Shown here: positions 19,354-28,363 of the stretch, piece after piece | Numbering within the stretch: position 1 is the stretch's first letter | Layout of the letters: the number at the start of each line of letters is the position of its first letter | DNA from: Candidatus Onthomorpha sp. | Lineage (GTDB): Bacteria; Bacteroidota; Bacteroidia; Bacteroidales; P3 | Reading direction: 5' to 3' | Assembly: GCA_045644685.1 (NCBI GenBank) | Contig: JAZRHI010000015.1 | Span: 76,095-140,094, forward strand | DNA length: 64,000 nt | Position numbers and translations under genes: made by a program | The notes under the pieces: model-generated | What the model was told of the DNA's origin: nothing | Databases searched by the model: none | Seen by the model: only the letters and a program-made list of their open reading frames with translations

Positions 19354-19395
19354 AGAGGATGTGTTTTCAAAACAACGCATTCTCTTTTTCGTTTT
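19354..19395 (+). terminator. Orphan intrinsic terminator upstream of the mgl promoter
   Basis: 12-bp stem (2 G-U pairs) AGAGGATGTGTT 19354-19365 with AACGCATTCTCT 19374-19385, 8-nt loop, then TTTTTCGTTTT. No CDS ends here. Confidence 0.6.
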
Positions 19396-19402
19396 ATTAT
19401 CG

Positions 19403-19410
19403 TATCTTTG
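19403..19410 (+). promoter_or_regulatory. -7 box (TATCTTTG) for mgl
   Basis: Exact TAnnTTTG match 30 nt upstream of ATG 19440. Confidence 0.5.
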
Positions 19411-19439
19411 CAGAAGTAAATAATTAAAAAATAAATACG

Positions 19440-20627
19440 ATGGAAAATCCAAAAGATTATGGGTTTAATTCCCAATTAATTCATTATAGCGGTCATCATG
19501 ACCACTATGGTTCGGCCACTGTGCCAATTTATCAAACATCTACTTTCGCTTTTGAATCTGCACAAGACGGTGCTGATTGTTTTGCGGGAGTAAAACCGGG
19601 CTATATGTACACTCGTATTGGTAATCCTACGGTTAAGGCATTGGAAAGACAAATTGCATTGTTAGAACACGCTTGTGATTCTGTTGCAGTAGCATCTGGA
19701 ATGGCAGCAGTAAGCACTGTATATTTAGGATTATTGAATGCGGGCGACCATGTAGTATCTTCATCAGCAGTTTACGGAGCATCGCGAGTTTTAATGGAAC
19801 AACATATGTCTCGTTTTGGAGTAGAATCAACGTATGTAAACACAGCAAACATTGAAGAAGTGAAAGCAGCAATGCGTCCTAACACAAAAATGCTTTATAT
19901 AGAAACACCAGCTAACCCTACAATGGAAATAAGCGACATATCAGCTTGTGCAGAAATTGCACACAAGGTAGGAGCATTACTTGTTGTGGATAACACATTC
20001 TGTTCACCATATCTATCAAACCCAATCGACTTAGGAGCAGATGTTGTTTTACACTCAATTACTAAATTCATAAACGGACATGCCGACATAGTAGGAGGAG
20101 TTGTTGCAGCAAAAGAACCAGAAGTCTATGCAAAATTGCGTAATGCAATGGTAAACTTTGGTGGCAATATGGACCCACACCAAGCATATCTTGTAATAAG
20201 AGGATTAAAGACATTAGGCATTCGAATAGACAGAGCGCAAGAAAACGCAATAAAAGTAGCAGAATTCCTTTCTACATGCGAACAAGTAGAATGGGTTAAG
20301 TACCCTGGCTTAGCAAATCACCCACAATACGAATTAGCACAAAAGCAAATGAAAGGTCCTGGCACGATGATAAGTTTTTCTTTAAAGGGAGGATTAGAAG
20401 CAGGACGTACTTTGATGGATAATGTAAAGATGGCGATTTTGGCAGTAAGCCTTGGAGGCGTTGAAACATTGATTCAACACCCTGCCTCAATGACACACTC
20501 AAAAGTACCTAAGGAATCAAGAGAATCTGCTGGCATTACAGACGGTTTAGTAAGATTTTCTGTTGGTATAGAAAACGTTGAAGATATTATAAACGATTTA
20601 AAACAGGCTATGGCTAAAATCAAATAA
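19440..20627 (+). CDS. mgl: Methionine gamma-lyase-like Cys/Met-metabolism PLP enzyme
   Basis: 395 aa. YTRIGNPT motif and PLP-lysine context SITKFINGH. Exact specificity (MGL versus related gamma-family enzymes) is not decidable by eye. Confidence 0.65.
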   Translation: MENPKDYGFNSQLIHYSGHHDHYGSATVPIYQTSTFAFESAQDGADCFAGVKPGYMYTRIGNPTVKALERQIALLEHACDSVAVASGMAAVSTVYLGLLNAGDHVVSSSAVYGASRVLMEQHMSRFGVESTYVNTANIEEVKAAMRPNTKMLYIETPANPTMEISDISACAEIAHKVGALLVVDNTFCSPYLSNPIDLGADVVLHSITKFINGHADIVGGVVAAKEPEVYAKLRNAMVNFGGNMDPHQAYLVIRGLKTLGIRIDRAQENAIKVAEFLSTCEQVEWVKYPGLANHPQYELAQKQMKGPGTMISFSLKGGLEAGRTLMDNVKMAILAVSLGGVETLIQHPASMTHSKVPKESRESAGITDGLVRFSVGIENVEDIINDLKQAMAKIK

Positions 20628-20634
20628 ATGATTG

Positions 20635-22959
20635 ATGCGTAAAAGACTGTATATTTTAATGATGCTTTTTCTCTTGCTCTGTAATATTGTTTCAGGGCAA
20701 GAGGAAAGACGTCAAACAGTGGGAGTTGTTCTTGGTGGTGGCGGAGCGAGAGGATTAGCTCACCTTGGCGTGTTGCGAGCTTTAGAAGAAGCGAAAATAC
20801 CTATCGATTATATTTGTGGCACTTCTATGGGTGCAATTATTGGAGGCTTATATGCTTCCGGTTATAGCTTAGATCAGATTTCTGAATTATTCTATTCGGA
20901 TGAGTTTCAGTACTGGGTGAGCGGTAAAATTGAAGATGAATACACTTATTATTACAAAATAAAAAAGCCTTCCGCAAAAATATTAGGGTTCTCATTGGAT
21001 GTGGAAGACAATTTCAAGCTACAAATACCTACAAGCGTAGTAGATCCTGTGCAAATGGACTATGCTTTTATGGAAATCTTTTCTGGTGCAACAAAGGTTG
21101 CAGAAGGAGATTTTGATAGCTTGATGATACCATTTTTTTGTATAACAGCAGACATTGAATCTTCAAAAGCGAGTATTCGTCGCGAAGGAGATTTAGGATT
21201 AGCTATAAGAGCATCTATGAGTTTCCCATTTATGTTTGAGCCAATCAAGATAGATGGAAAAATTATGTTCGATGGAGGAATGTACAACAACTTTCCCGCA
21301 AAGGAAATGTTAGAAAACTACAATCCCGACATAATAATAGGAGTGAAAGTAGCAGGAAATTTTGCTCCCCCAAAAGAAGGAGATATGCGTTCTTACTTAG
21401 AAAACATGCTTACACAGGATTCCGATTATAAAATCGAATGTCAAAGTGCAGTTTTGATAGAACCAAACCTTACAGGCATAAGTATAATGGAATTTGACAA
21501 GATGAAAGAATGCGAAAGACTTGGTTACGAAGCAGGAGAAGCAAAGATAAAAGAAATAAGAACGTTTTTAGTAGATTCCATTGATAGCATTAGTTTAGCA
21601 AACAAAAGAAAAGCCTTTAACGATAAGAAACCTAATTTAAATGTTAAGGCAATCAGTGTACAAGGAGTAGAAGGTAGCAAAAAGACTTATGTATCTAATT
21701 CCATATTACAAGGACTTGATCAAACGAATCTAAACACGCGAAACCTAAAAAAGAACTATATCGCATTATATGCCGATAGAAATATAAAAGATATACAACC
21801 CAGCTTATATTTTAATAACTTTTTCAACGCCTATGTATTAAATCTGAATGTGAAAACAAAGCGTCATATAAATGTAGACTTAGGAGGACATATTTCTACT
21901 TCGCCTACGAGTTTTGCTTATTTGGGATTGAATTATAATTTTTTAAATCGCCATGCCTATTCTTTACATTTGAATACCTATTTAGGAAGATATTACAATT
22001 CTTTGGCGTTTAAAGGAAAAATAGACATATCAACAAAAAATCCATTCTATATAGAAGCAGAAGGGAACTATAATAATTGGAAATATTATAGACTAAAAAA
22101 AGGACTTATGTCCTATTCCCCAATCAATTACATAGAACAATTAGAAAAAAACGTACAAGTATCCATAGGAATGCCGATAGAAATAAAAGATGCCTTGTAT
22201 ATGAAATTTGGATTTGGCAAAGTAGAAGACAAATACTTTAACAAAGAATACATAACCTCATTAGATACGAACGACAAAACGAAATTTCAAAATTTTGCCT
22301 TTTCACTTAATCACGAATACAATAGCTTAGACGCATGGCAATACCCAACCAAAGGATATTATCAAAAGATAAGCATACAATATGTTAATGGTAAAGAACG
22401 ATTTTATTCAGGTAATACATCAGAGCATAAGGATGATTTTCAAAAACACCATTGGGTGCAAATGAGTGCAAGAACTCGAATGCACATTCCAATAAATAAC
22501 TATTATACATTAGGATTACGAGGAGATGTTTTTTACTCTTTTCAAAATTTATTCTTAACATACAAATCAAGTCTTTTAAATGCAGGGAGCTATACTCCGA
22601 CAATAGAAACCTTTACTAACTATATGCCAGAATATAGAGCCAATCAATATGCAGCAATAGGTGTAGAAAATATCTTTTTCATAGACAATGCCTTTGGAAT
22701 AAACCTTTCGGCACGCGTTGGCACCTATTTATTCTTACCATTTATGCAGATAGAAACACGAGGTAATGAAAACCCTTTTTATGGCGCACCATTCCAAAAA
22801 TTATACTTTATAGCAAATACTTCTTTTGTGGCAAGAACACCAATAGGACCGTTTAATCTTACATTTGCTTACCATCAGAGAGATGGCAAGCAAAGCCCTT
22901 GGAGTGTATCTTTGGGATTTGGATTTGTGATATTTAATAATAGAAACATAGATAAGTAA
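20635..22959 (+). CDS. Patatin-like phospholipase fused to a C-terminal outer-membrane beta-barrel-like domain
   Basis: Track start 20632 is TTG; ATG at 20635 gives MRKRLYILMMLFLLLCNIVSGQ. Patatin motifs GGGARG, GTSMG (GxSxG) and DGG. A roughly 450-aa aromatic-rich beta-strand C-terminal region. Confidence 0.8.
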   Translation: MRKRLYILMMLFLLLCNIVSGQEERRQTVGVVLGGGGARGLAHLGVLRALEEAKIPIDYICGTSMGAIIGGLYASGYSLDQISELFYSDEFQYWVSGKIEDEYTYYYKIKKPSAKILGFSLDVEDNFKLQIPTSVVDPVQMDYAFMEIFSGATKVAEGDFDSLMIPFFCITADIESSKASIRREGDLGLAIRASMSFPFMFEPIKIDGKIMFDGGMYNNFPAKEMLENYNPDIIIGVKVAGNFAPPKEGDMRSYLENMLTQDSDYKIECQSAVLIEPNLTGISIMEFDKMKECERLGYEAGEAKIKEIRTFLVDSIDSISLANKRKAFNDKKPNLNVKAISVQGVEGSKKTYVSNSILQGLDQTNLNTRNLKKNYIALYADRNIKDIQPSLYFNNFFNAYVLNLNVKTKRHINVDLGGHISTSPTSFAYLGLNYNFLNRHAYSLHLNTYLGRYYNSLAFKGKIDISTKNPFYIEAEGNYNNWKYYRLKKGLMSYSPINYIEQLEKNVQVSIGMPIEIKDALYMKFGFGKVEDKYFNKEYITSLDTNDKTKFQNFAFSLNHEYNSLDAWQYPTKGYYQKISIQYVNGKERFYSGNTSEHKDDFQKHHWVQMSARTRMHIPINNYYTLGLRGDVFYSFQNLFLTYKSSLLNAGSYTPTIETFTNYMPEYRANQYAAIGVENIFFIDNAFGINLSARVGTYLFLPFMQIETRGNENPFYGAPFQKLYFIANTSFVARTPIGPFNLTFAYHQRDGKQSPWSVSLGFGFVIFNNRNIDK

Positions 22960-22960
22960 T

Positions 22961-23611
22961 ATGATAAAAACAAGTCAGTTAAATAAATATTATGGAAGCC
23001 TACATGTTTTGAAAGATGTGGAACTTAATATTGCACCCCAAGAAATCGTTAGTCTATTAGGCGCTTCTGGTGCAGGGAAAACCACATTACTAAACATAAT
23101 TGGCACATTAGATAGAGCAGATAGCGGAATTGTTGAAATCAACGGCAGAAATATCAGTAATTTTACCGAAAAGCAACTATCCGAATTTCGCAATAAAGAA
23201 ATAGGATTCGTATATCAATTTCACTATCTTTTGAATGAATTTACTGCCTTAGAGAATATAATAATGCCTGCTTTGATTGCAAAAGAAAAGAAGTCAGTTG
23301 CGATTGAAAAAGCAAAGGAATTGTTGGATATATTAAAGATTTACGATAGGGCGGAGCATAAACCATCGGAATTATCTGGCGGAGAACAGCAGAGAGTTGC
23401 GATTGCAAGAGCTTTAATCAATCGTCCGTCAATCGTTTTAGCCGATGAGCCGTCTGGAAACTTAGACACAAATAACGCAAAACAATTACACGAATTATTT
23501 TTTCAATTAAGAGAAACATACAAGCAAACATTTTTAATAGTAACCCATAACCAAGAACTTGCAGGAATGTCAGATAGAAGGCTGATTATGCAAGATGGTA
23601 AAATAATTTAA
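22961..23611 (+). CDS. lolD: ABC transporter ATP-binding protein, LolD/MacB-type
   Basis: 216 aa. Walker A GASGAGKTT, signature LSGGEQQR, Walker B VLADEP. Confidence 0.75.
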   Translation: MIKTSQLNKYYGSLHVLKDVELNIAPQEIVSLLGASGAGKTTLLNIIGTLDRADSGIVEINGRNISNFTEKQLSEFRNKEIGFVYQFHYLLNEFTALENIIMPALIAKEKKSVAIEKAKELLDILKIYDRAEHKPSELSGGEQQRVAIARALINRPSIVLADEPSGNLDTNNAKQLHELFFQLRETYKQTFLIVTHNQELAGMSDRRLIMQDGKII

Positions 23612-23617
23612 AACAAT

Positions 23618-24367
23618 ATGGAAAAAAATCAAATAATCTACGGCTTACGTCCCGTAATGGAAGCAATAAAAGCGGGAAAACAAATAGACAAGATATATTT
23701 ACAAAGCAATTTGCAAGGAAAACTTTTCACAGAATTAAAAGCCTTGATAAAACAAAGCGGAAAGAATATTCAACAACAATATGTTCCTCTTGAAAAGCTT
23801 GACTATCTTTCAAGAAAACAAAATCATCAAGGAGTGGTAGCACAACTTTCTCAAATAGTTTATTGGGAACTTGAAGATATGCTTGAACATGCGGAAAGAA
23901 AAAGCACAAAGCCTTTCTTAATCTACCTTGATAATGTAACAGATGTTAGAAATCTTGGAGCAATAGCAAGAAGTGCCGAATGCGCAGGCGTAGATGGTTT
24001 GATAATTCCGCAACAAGGCTCAGCGCCTATAAATCAAGACGCAATAAAAACGTCAGCTGGTGCTTTATTAAGGCTACCTGTTTGCAGAATTAGCAACCTT
24101 AAAACATTTATCAATACAATCAAGGCACACGATATTAAAATCTATTCTGCAAGTGAAAAGGCTAACAGTTTATACACACAAGTTAATGCAGAAGAACCGC
24201 TAATGATAGTAATGGGTAGCGAAGAAAGCGGAGTAAGTCAAACAATGATAAAAATGTCTGACGAATTGATAAAAATACCTATGAATGGCGAAATAGAAAG
24301 TCTTAATGTTTCGGCAGCCGCTTCCGTATTGCTTTTCGAGGTTGTTAGACAGAGATTAGGAATTTAA
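23618..24367 (+). CDS. rlmB: 23S rRNA 2'-O-ribose methyltransferase, SpoU/TrmH family (RlmB-like)
   Basis: 249 aa. N-terminal substrate-binding domain (IYGLRPVMEAI) and the SpoU knot region (GSEESGVS...IPMNGEIESLNVSAAASVLLFE). Confidence 0.8.
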   Translation: MEKNQIIYGLRPVMEAIKAGKQIDKIYLQSNLQGKLFTELKALIKQSGKNIQQQYVPLEKLDYLSRKQNHQGVVAQLSQIVYWELEDMLEHAERKSTKPFLIYLDNVTDVRNLGAIARSAECAGVDGLIIPQQGSAPINQDAIKTSAGALLRLPVCRISNLKTFINTIKAHDIKIYSASEKANSLYTQVNAEEPLMIVMGSEESGVSQTMIKMSDELIKIPMNGEIESLNVSAAASVLLFEVVRQRLGI

Positions 24368-25257
24368 GCATTGCAAAAAACGCCTAACTTATATAAATTA
24401 AAAATAAAAAGACTTGGATTTTTTTTGGCAAGAAGGCTTAACATAAGTCTTCTTGTCATTTTAAAGAATAGGGCATATAATCCCACTAAATGTAGCCTTT
24501 CAAGACGGTTGTAAACACTTACAATTTTAATCCTTAGGATTATTTTTTTATTTCTTAGGTTTAATTTTTTATTTCTTAGGTTTAGAAAAATATTTCTTAG
24601 GTTTATTACAGCGTTTTCATTAGAAGAAATAAAATCCTCAAACTTCTTTAAACCTAAGTGTTCAACAGGATTGTCTATATTTAAGAAAGAAAATCCAATT
24701 TCTTCAAAATCACACTTAAATAAGGTGTCTTCGTGTCCGTAACCTTTGATGTCTTCACGAAAACGTATGGAAGAAAAAACCGATTTACGAATACAAAAGT
24801 TATTAGTTGTAAACATATCTTTGTTTTTCAAACCTTTGTTTGCTTCAATCAATGTTCCATACTTCCAATGTAGTTCATAGCCTTTTGGACATTTAGATTT
24901 TTCGCAATAAACCGTACCTCCTCTTACCAAATCCTTAGTTTCTATTTCGTTTAAATAACGTTTCAAGAAATCATCTCTTACAATCTTGCTGTCGCCGTCA
25001 AGAAATATTAAAATATCTCCCTTAGCCTCGTCAGCCAAAAGGTTTCTTATTCGTGAGCGACCAAGGTTTTCTTTCAGCTCTCTATAATCCACCTTGTCAA
25101 ATTGTGCAATAGCTTTGTTGTCTTCGCATTTTATTGGAGAACAATCGTCAAAGACTAAAATTTCATAATCACAACTTAATTCCTTTGCTTGCTTTACTAA
25201 GTCGTTTACTAAATTTACGCAATTTTCTTGATAGATAGGAATGAGTATAGAAAGCAT
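24364..25257 (-). CDS. Family-2 glycosyltransferase; the 3' quarter runs through mini-array E
   Basis: MLSILIPIYQENCVN... with FDD and a DxD-like FLDGDS motif. C-terminal NLRNIFLNLRNKKLNLRNKKIILRIKIV is array-encoded, so the true C-terminus is uncertain. Confidence 0.7.
   Translation of the reverse strand: MLSILIPIYQENCVNLVNDLVKQAKELSCDYEILVFDDCSPIKCEDNKAIAQFDKVDYRELKENLGRSRIRNLLADEAKGDILIFLDGDSKIVRDDFLKRYLNEIETKDLVRGGTVYCEKSKCPKGYELHWKYGTLIEANKGLKNKDMFTTNNFCIRKSVFSSIRFREDIKGYGHEDTLFKCDFEEIGFSFLNIDNPVEHLGLKKFEDFISSNENAVINLRNIFLNLRNKKLNLRNKKIILRIKIVSVYNRLERLHLVGLYALFFKMTRRLMLSLLAKKNPSLFIFNLYKLGVFCNA
24525..24608. repeat. 21-nt-phased CTWAG mini-array E (4 units) inside the GT2 ORF
   Basis: CTTAG at 24533-24537, 24554-24558, 24575-24579 and 24596-24600. 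Positions 24572-24605 are identical to 7690-7723. Confidence 0.92.
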
Positions 25258-26373
25258 TTATTTTTTCTTTTTTAGGTTTGTTAATACTTCAAACAGCTTT
25301 GCTTCTTCCTTTTCCCAAGAAAATTCCTTAGTAGCCTTTCTGCAATTTTCTGCTATTAGGTCTAATTTTTCTGAGTCTAACAATAGTTCTTCGATTTGTT
25401 TAGCTAATTTCTTGGGCTCGTAGGATTGTATGTATATTCCTGTGTGATAATTATCTACAATATGTTTTATTTCTTGTAAAGGCGAGACTAAAACGGGTGT
25501 TGCTGAGGCTATGTATTCAAATATTTTGTTTGGCAGACTTATTGCATAGTTTCCGTTTGTTGGTTTGTCTATCGAGATTGCTAATTTGGCTTTTCGCGTA
25601 TTGCTCATCATGTTTTCAAACTCCAATCTGCCAAGAAACATAACCTTGTCTTTAATTTCCCATTCTTTAACCTTGTTTTCCAAATAAGATTTAATATCTC
25701 CATTTCCCATTATCAAGAGTTTGGCGTCTATGTATTTCATCGCCTCGCACAATTCTTCCAATCCTCTCTCTATGTTTACAGCTCCTTGCCAAACTACTAT
25801 GTTTTCTTTTTCGGTAGCAGCTACTTTGTTTTCCGAAACGTGTATTTGAGAAGGTATGTTTCGCATTACATAGCTTTCTACATTATACTCTTTTTTGAAA
25901 TAGTCTTTAATTGGATTGCAAACAGTGAAAACGGCATCGCATCCTTTGATACAATGTTTTTCTACTGCTTTCCATACTTTACGAGCAAAGGGATTGTCTT
26001 TCAATTCAGGAACTTGTGTGAAGTGTTCGTGAGAATCGAAAATTAAAGGTTTGCATTTGATTTTTGAAACTAAGTAATTGGGTAATAAGGTGTCTAAATC
26101 GTTAGCCCAAAGCATGTCTTGCTTGGTGAAAAGCAAGCGAAAGAATAATTTAATGTTTAGTTCGGCATAATAAATTGCATTCTTACGAAAGTAAATGCGT
26201 AATCTATTACACTTATAATTAGTTTTGTTTATGGCAGGAGCGTGCTTAAATCTTCTGCCTATTAACTTTACAGACATGCCATAGTCAAATAAACTATTAC
26301 ATGTTTTGTTTACTCTGTTATCACAAACTAAATCGTTACTGACGCTTACACATATAGTTTTCTTATTGTGCAT
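25258..26373 (-). CDS. GT-B fold glycosyltransferase (family 4/1-like)
   Basis: 371 aa. C-terminal half has the GT4-type nucleotide-sugar-binding region (VVWQGAVNIERGLEEL..., NKIFEYIASATPVLVS). Abuts the GT2 gene with no gap. Confidence 0.7.
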   Translation of the reverse strand: MHNKKTICVSVSNDLVCDNRVNKTCNSLFDYGMSVKLIGRRFKHAPAINKTNYKCNRLRIYFRKNAIYYAELNIKLFFRLLFTKQDMLWANDLDTLLPNYLVSKIKCKPLIFDSHEHFTQVPELKDNPFARKVWKAVEKHCIKGCDAVFTVCNPIKDYFKKEYNVESYVMRNIPSQIHVSENKVAATEKENIVVWQGAVNIERGLEELCEAMKYIDAKLLIMGNGDIKSYLENKVKEWEIKDKVMFLGRLEFENMMSNTRKAKLAISIDKPTNGNYAISLPNKIFEYIASATPVLVSPLQEIKHIVDNYHTGIYIQSYEPKKLAKQIEELLLDSEKLDLIAENCRKATKEFSWEKEEAKLFEVLTNLKKKK

Positions 26374-26386
26374 GCTTGTTGTTTAG

Positions 26387-27058
26387 TTAAGAAATAATCT
26401 TTCCGTCTTCGCAAGCAAGAATTCTTGCACGGTATTTCTCTAACACAATGTAATCATGGGTAGCCATAAGCACGGTTGTGCCATGTTTTTTGTTTATTTC
26501 CATTAACAATTGCACGATTTCCTCACTTGTAATTGGGTCAAGATTTCCTGTAGGTTCGTCAGCTAAAATTAGTTCTGGCTGATTTACTATTGCTCTTGCT
26601 ATGGAAACTCTTTGCATTTCGCCTTCGCTTAAATCGCATGCTTGCTCATTTGCTTTCATTAGCAAGCCTACATCGTCTAAGGCTTGAAGAATTCTTTCTC
26701 TTATCGCTTTTTTGTCTTTCCAACCTGTGGCTTTTAATACAAAGGCTAAGTTGTCGTAAACTGAACGGTCTTTTAGTAATTGGAAGTCTTGAAAAACAAT
26801 TCCTAATTTGCGTCTTAACATAGGTACTTTGGACTTTTTTAATCCGTTAAGGGTAAATCCGCAAACGTAAGCTGAGCCTTCTTTTATTGAAATGTCGGCA
26901 TAGATTGAGCGTAGTAAGGAACTTTTTCCTGAGCCTGTTTTCCCAATTAGGTAAACAAACTCTCCTTTTGCTATTTCAAGGTTTACGTTGTTTAATATAG
27001 TTTTTTCTAAGATTATATTTACACCGCTGTATTTTATTACTAACTCTTGATTTTCCAT
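26387..27058 (-). CDS. ftsE: FtsE-like cell-division ABC ATPase
   Basis: 223 aa. Walker A GKTGSGKSS, variant signature LSEGEMQR, Walker B ILADEP. No adjacent ftsX. Confidence 0.7.
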   Translation of the reverse strand: MENQELVIKYSGVNIILEKTILNNVNLEIAKGEFVYLIGKTGSGKSSLLRSIYADISIKEGSAYVCGFTLNGLKKSKVPMLRRKLGIVFQDFQLLKDRSVYDNLAFVLKATGWKDKKAIRERILQALDDVGLLMKANEQACDLSEGEMQRVSIARAIVNQPELILADEPTGNLDPITSEEIVQLLMEINKKHGTTVLMATHDYIVLEKYRARILACEDGKIIS

Positions 27059-27062
27059 GTCT

Positions 27063-28178
27063 TTAATTGTTTTTTATGTTTACGATTTTTCTTTGAACAG
27101 TAAACCTAAGTATGGATACATAAGCGAACCATGCTACAATAATGTAAAGGATGTAGAATAAATCGCTTATTAAAAAGGCTATAAATGTCGATATTATTGC
27201 AACGATTATTTGAGTTGTAAATGTGGTAAGCGTTGTGCGTTGATGAGAGTAACCTGTGCGAAGTAGGAAATGGTGAATATGTGTTTTGTCTGCGGAAAAT
27301 GGTGATTTTCCTCTTTTCATTCTTGCAAGGAATACACGCAATGTGTCTGCCATTGGTAGGAAGAAAAACATAGGGAATAGTAAAATCTTAGTTTTTACTT
27401 CATATTCTCCTATTGAAAACGGCGTTGCACCATTGTAATTCATGGTCATGATTATTGAAAGCGCAATTAGTGTTCCGATAAACAAGCTTCCTGTATCTCC
27501 CATAAAGATTCGTGCTGGTTGCCAATTAAATATTAAAAATCCTATTATGCTTCCAATTATCGCAATAAAGACTATGAGCCAGAATGTTGAGTTTGCAAAA
27601 AATGTATCATGGTTTGCGATGTCTTCATTTAAGCCCATATTAGCCATAGATAAAGCAAGGAAAATGAAAACTGCCAATCCTTGTGTTCCTGCTTGTCCAT
27701 CGATTCCGTCAATTAAGTTATAAGCATTACAAACTACTATTATGAATGCAATAGTTAATATGTATGAAATCCAAATAGGTAATTCGTAAACTCCAAATAG
27801 TCCATAAAAACTATAAAGTCTTATATCCATACAACAAAATAGAAGTCCGATAGCGATTTCACAGCCTAATTTTGTCCAAGGTGAAAGAGAATTCATGTCA
27901 TCTCTAACGCCCAGCAATACAACTATCGATAATAATATTATGAATGCAAATAATTGAAACATATCTATTTCGCTTATGAGTTGTAATGCAGAAGCAAATA
28001 AGGCTATTACAAAGGCTACGAAAATTACTACGCCACCCATGTGTGCGGTATAGCCTTTGTGTATTTTTCTTCCTCCTGAACTGTCTAATATTTTATACTT
28101 TTCCATTAGTCTTATAAAGACTGGCATCAATAAATACACTAAAATGAATGCTGCTACAAAGCATGTAATCCAAATCAT
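27063..28178 (-). CDS. Polyprenyl-phosphate sugar-1-phosphate transferase (MraY/WecA superfamily, GT4 membrane family)
   Basis: Track start 28205 is a TTG lying inside a TACCTTTG -7 box. First ATG at 28178 gives MIWITCF.... Conserved NAYNLIDGIDG motif and about 10-11 TM helices. Confidence 0.8.
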   Translation of the reverse strand: MIWITCFVAAFILVYLLMPVFIRLMEKYKILDSSGGRKIHKGYTAHMGGVVIFVAFVIALFASALQLISEIDMFQLFAFIILLSIVVLLGVRDDMNSLSPWTKLGCEIAIGLLFCCMDIRLYSFYGLFGVYELPIWISYILTIAFIIVVCNAYNLIDGIDGQAGTQGLAVFIFLALSMANMGLNEDIANHDTFFANSTFWLIVFIAIIGSIIGFLIFNWQPARIFMGDTGSLFIGTLIALSIIMTMNYNGATPFSIGEYEVKTKILLFPMFFFLPMADTLRVFLARMKRGKSPFSADKTHIHHFLLRTGYSHQRTTLTTFTTQIIVAIISTFIAFLISDLFYILYIIVAWFAYVSILRFTVQRKIVNIKNN

Positions 28179-28202
28179 ATACGTTAAATTTATTAGTTTT
28201 TG

Positions 28203-28210
28203 CAAAGGTA
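28203..28210 (-). promoter_or_regulatory. -7 box (TACCTTTG) for the WecA/MraY-like gene cluster
   Basis: Reverse complement of caaaggta. 25 nt upstream of ATG 28178. Confidence 0.5.
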
Positions 28211-28211
28211 G

Positions 28212-28295
28212 TATTTTTCCTTAGAAAAAAAGCATATTTTCTAAGAATTAAGTTTTTTTATTTAAGGTTTGTGATTTTTTTTCTTAGGATTAAAT
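28212..28295. repeat. 21-nt-phased CTWAG mini-array F (3 canonical units plus 1 degenerate)
   Basis: CTTAG 28220-28224, CTAAG 28241-28245, degenerate TTAAG 28262-28266, CTTAG 28283-28287. Fills the space between divergent -7 boxes at 28203-28210 (minus) and 28305-28312 (plus). Confidence 0.85.
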
Positions 28296-28304
28296 TTTTT
28301 TTTG

Positions 28305-28312
28305 TAATTTTG
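28305..28312 (+). promoter_or_regulatory. -7 box (TAATTTTG) for guaA
   Basis: Exact TAnnTTTG match about 52 nt upstream of ATG 28364. Confidence 0.5.
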
Positions 28313-28363
28313 AAAATTGATTAGTACAATGGGAATATTTTATAATAAAAACAAATTTTAATA

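Noticed and set aside
19198-19439. SAM or cobalamin riboswitch between the B12-dependent mutase and the methionine gamma-lyase-like gene
   Set aside because: I could not find the conserved S-box core or a B12 box. The mgl gene also has its own -7 box downstream of the orphan terminator. The region is kept only as an unclassified sRNA/leader candidate.
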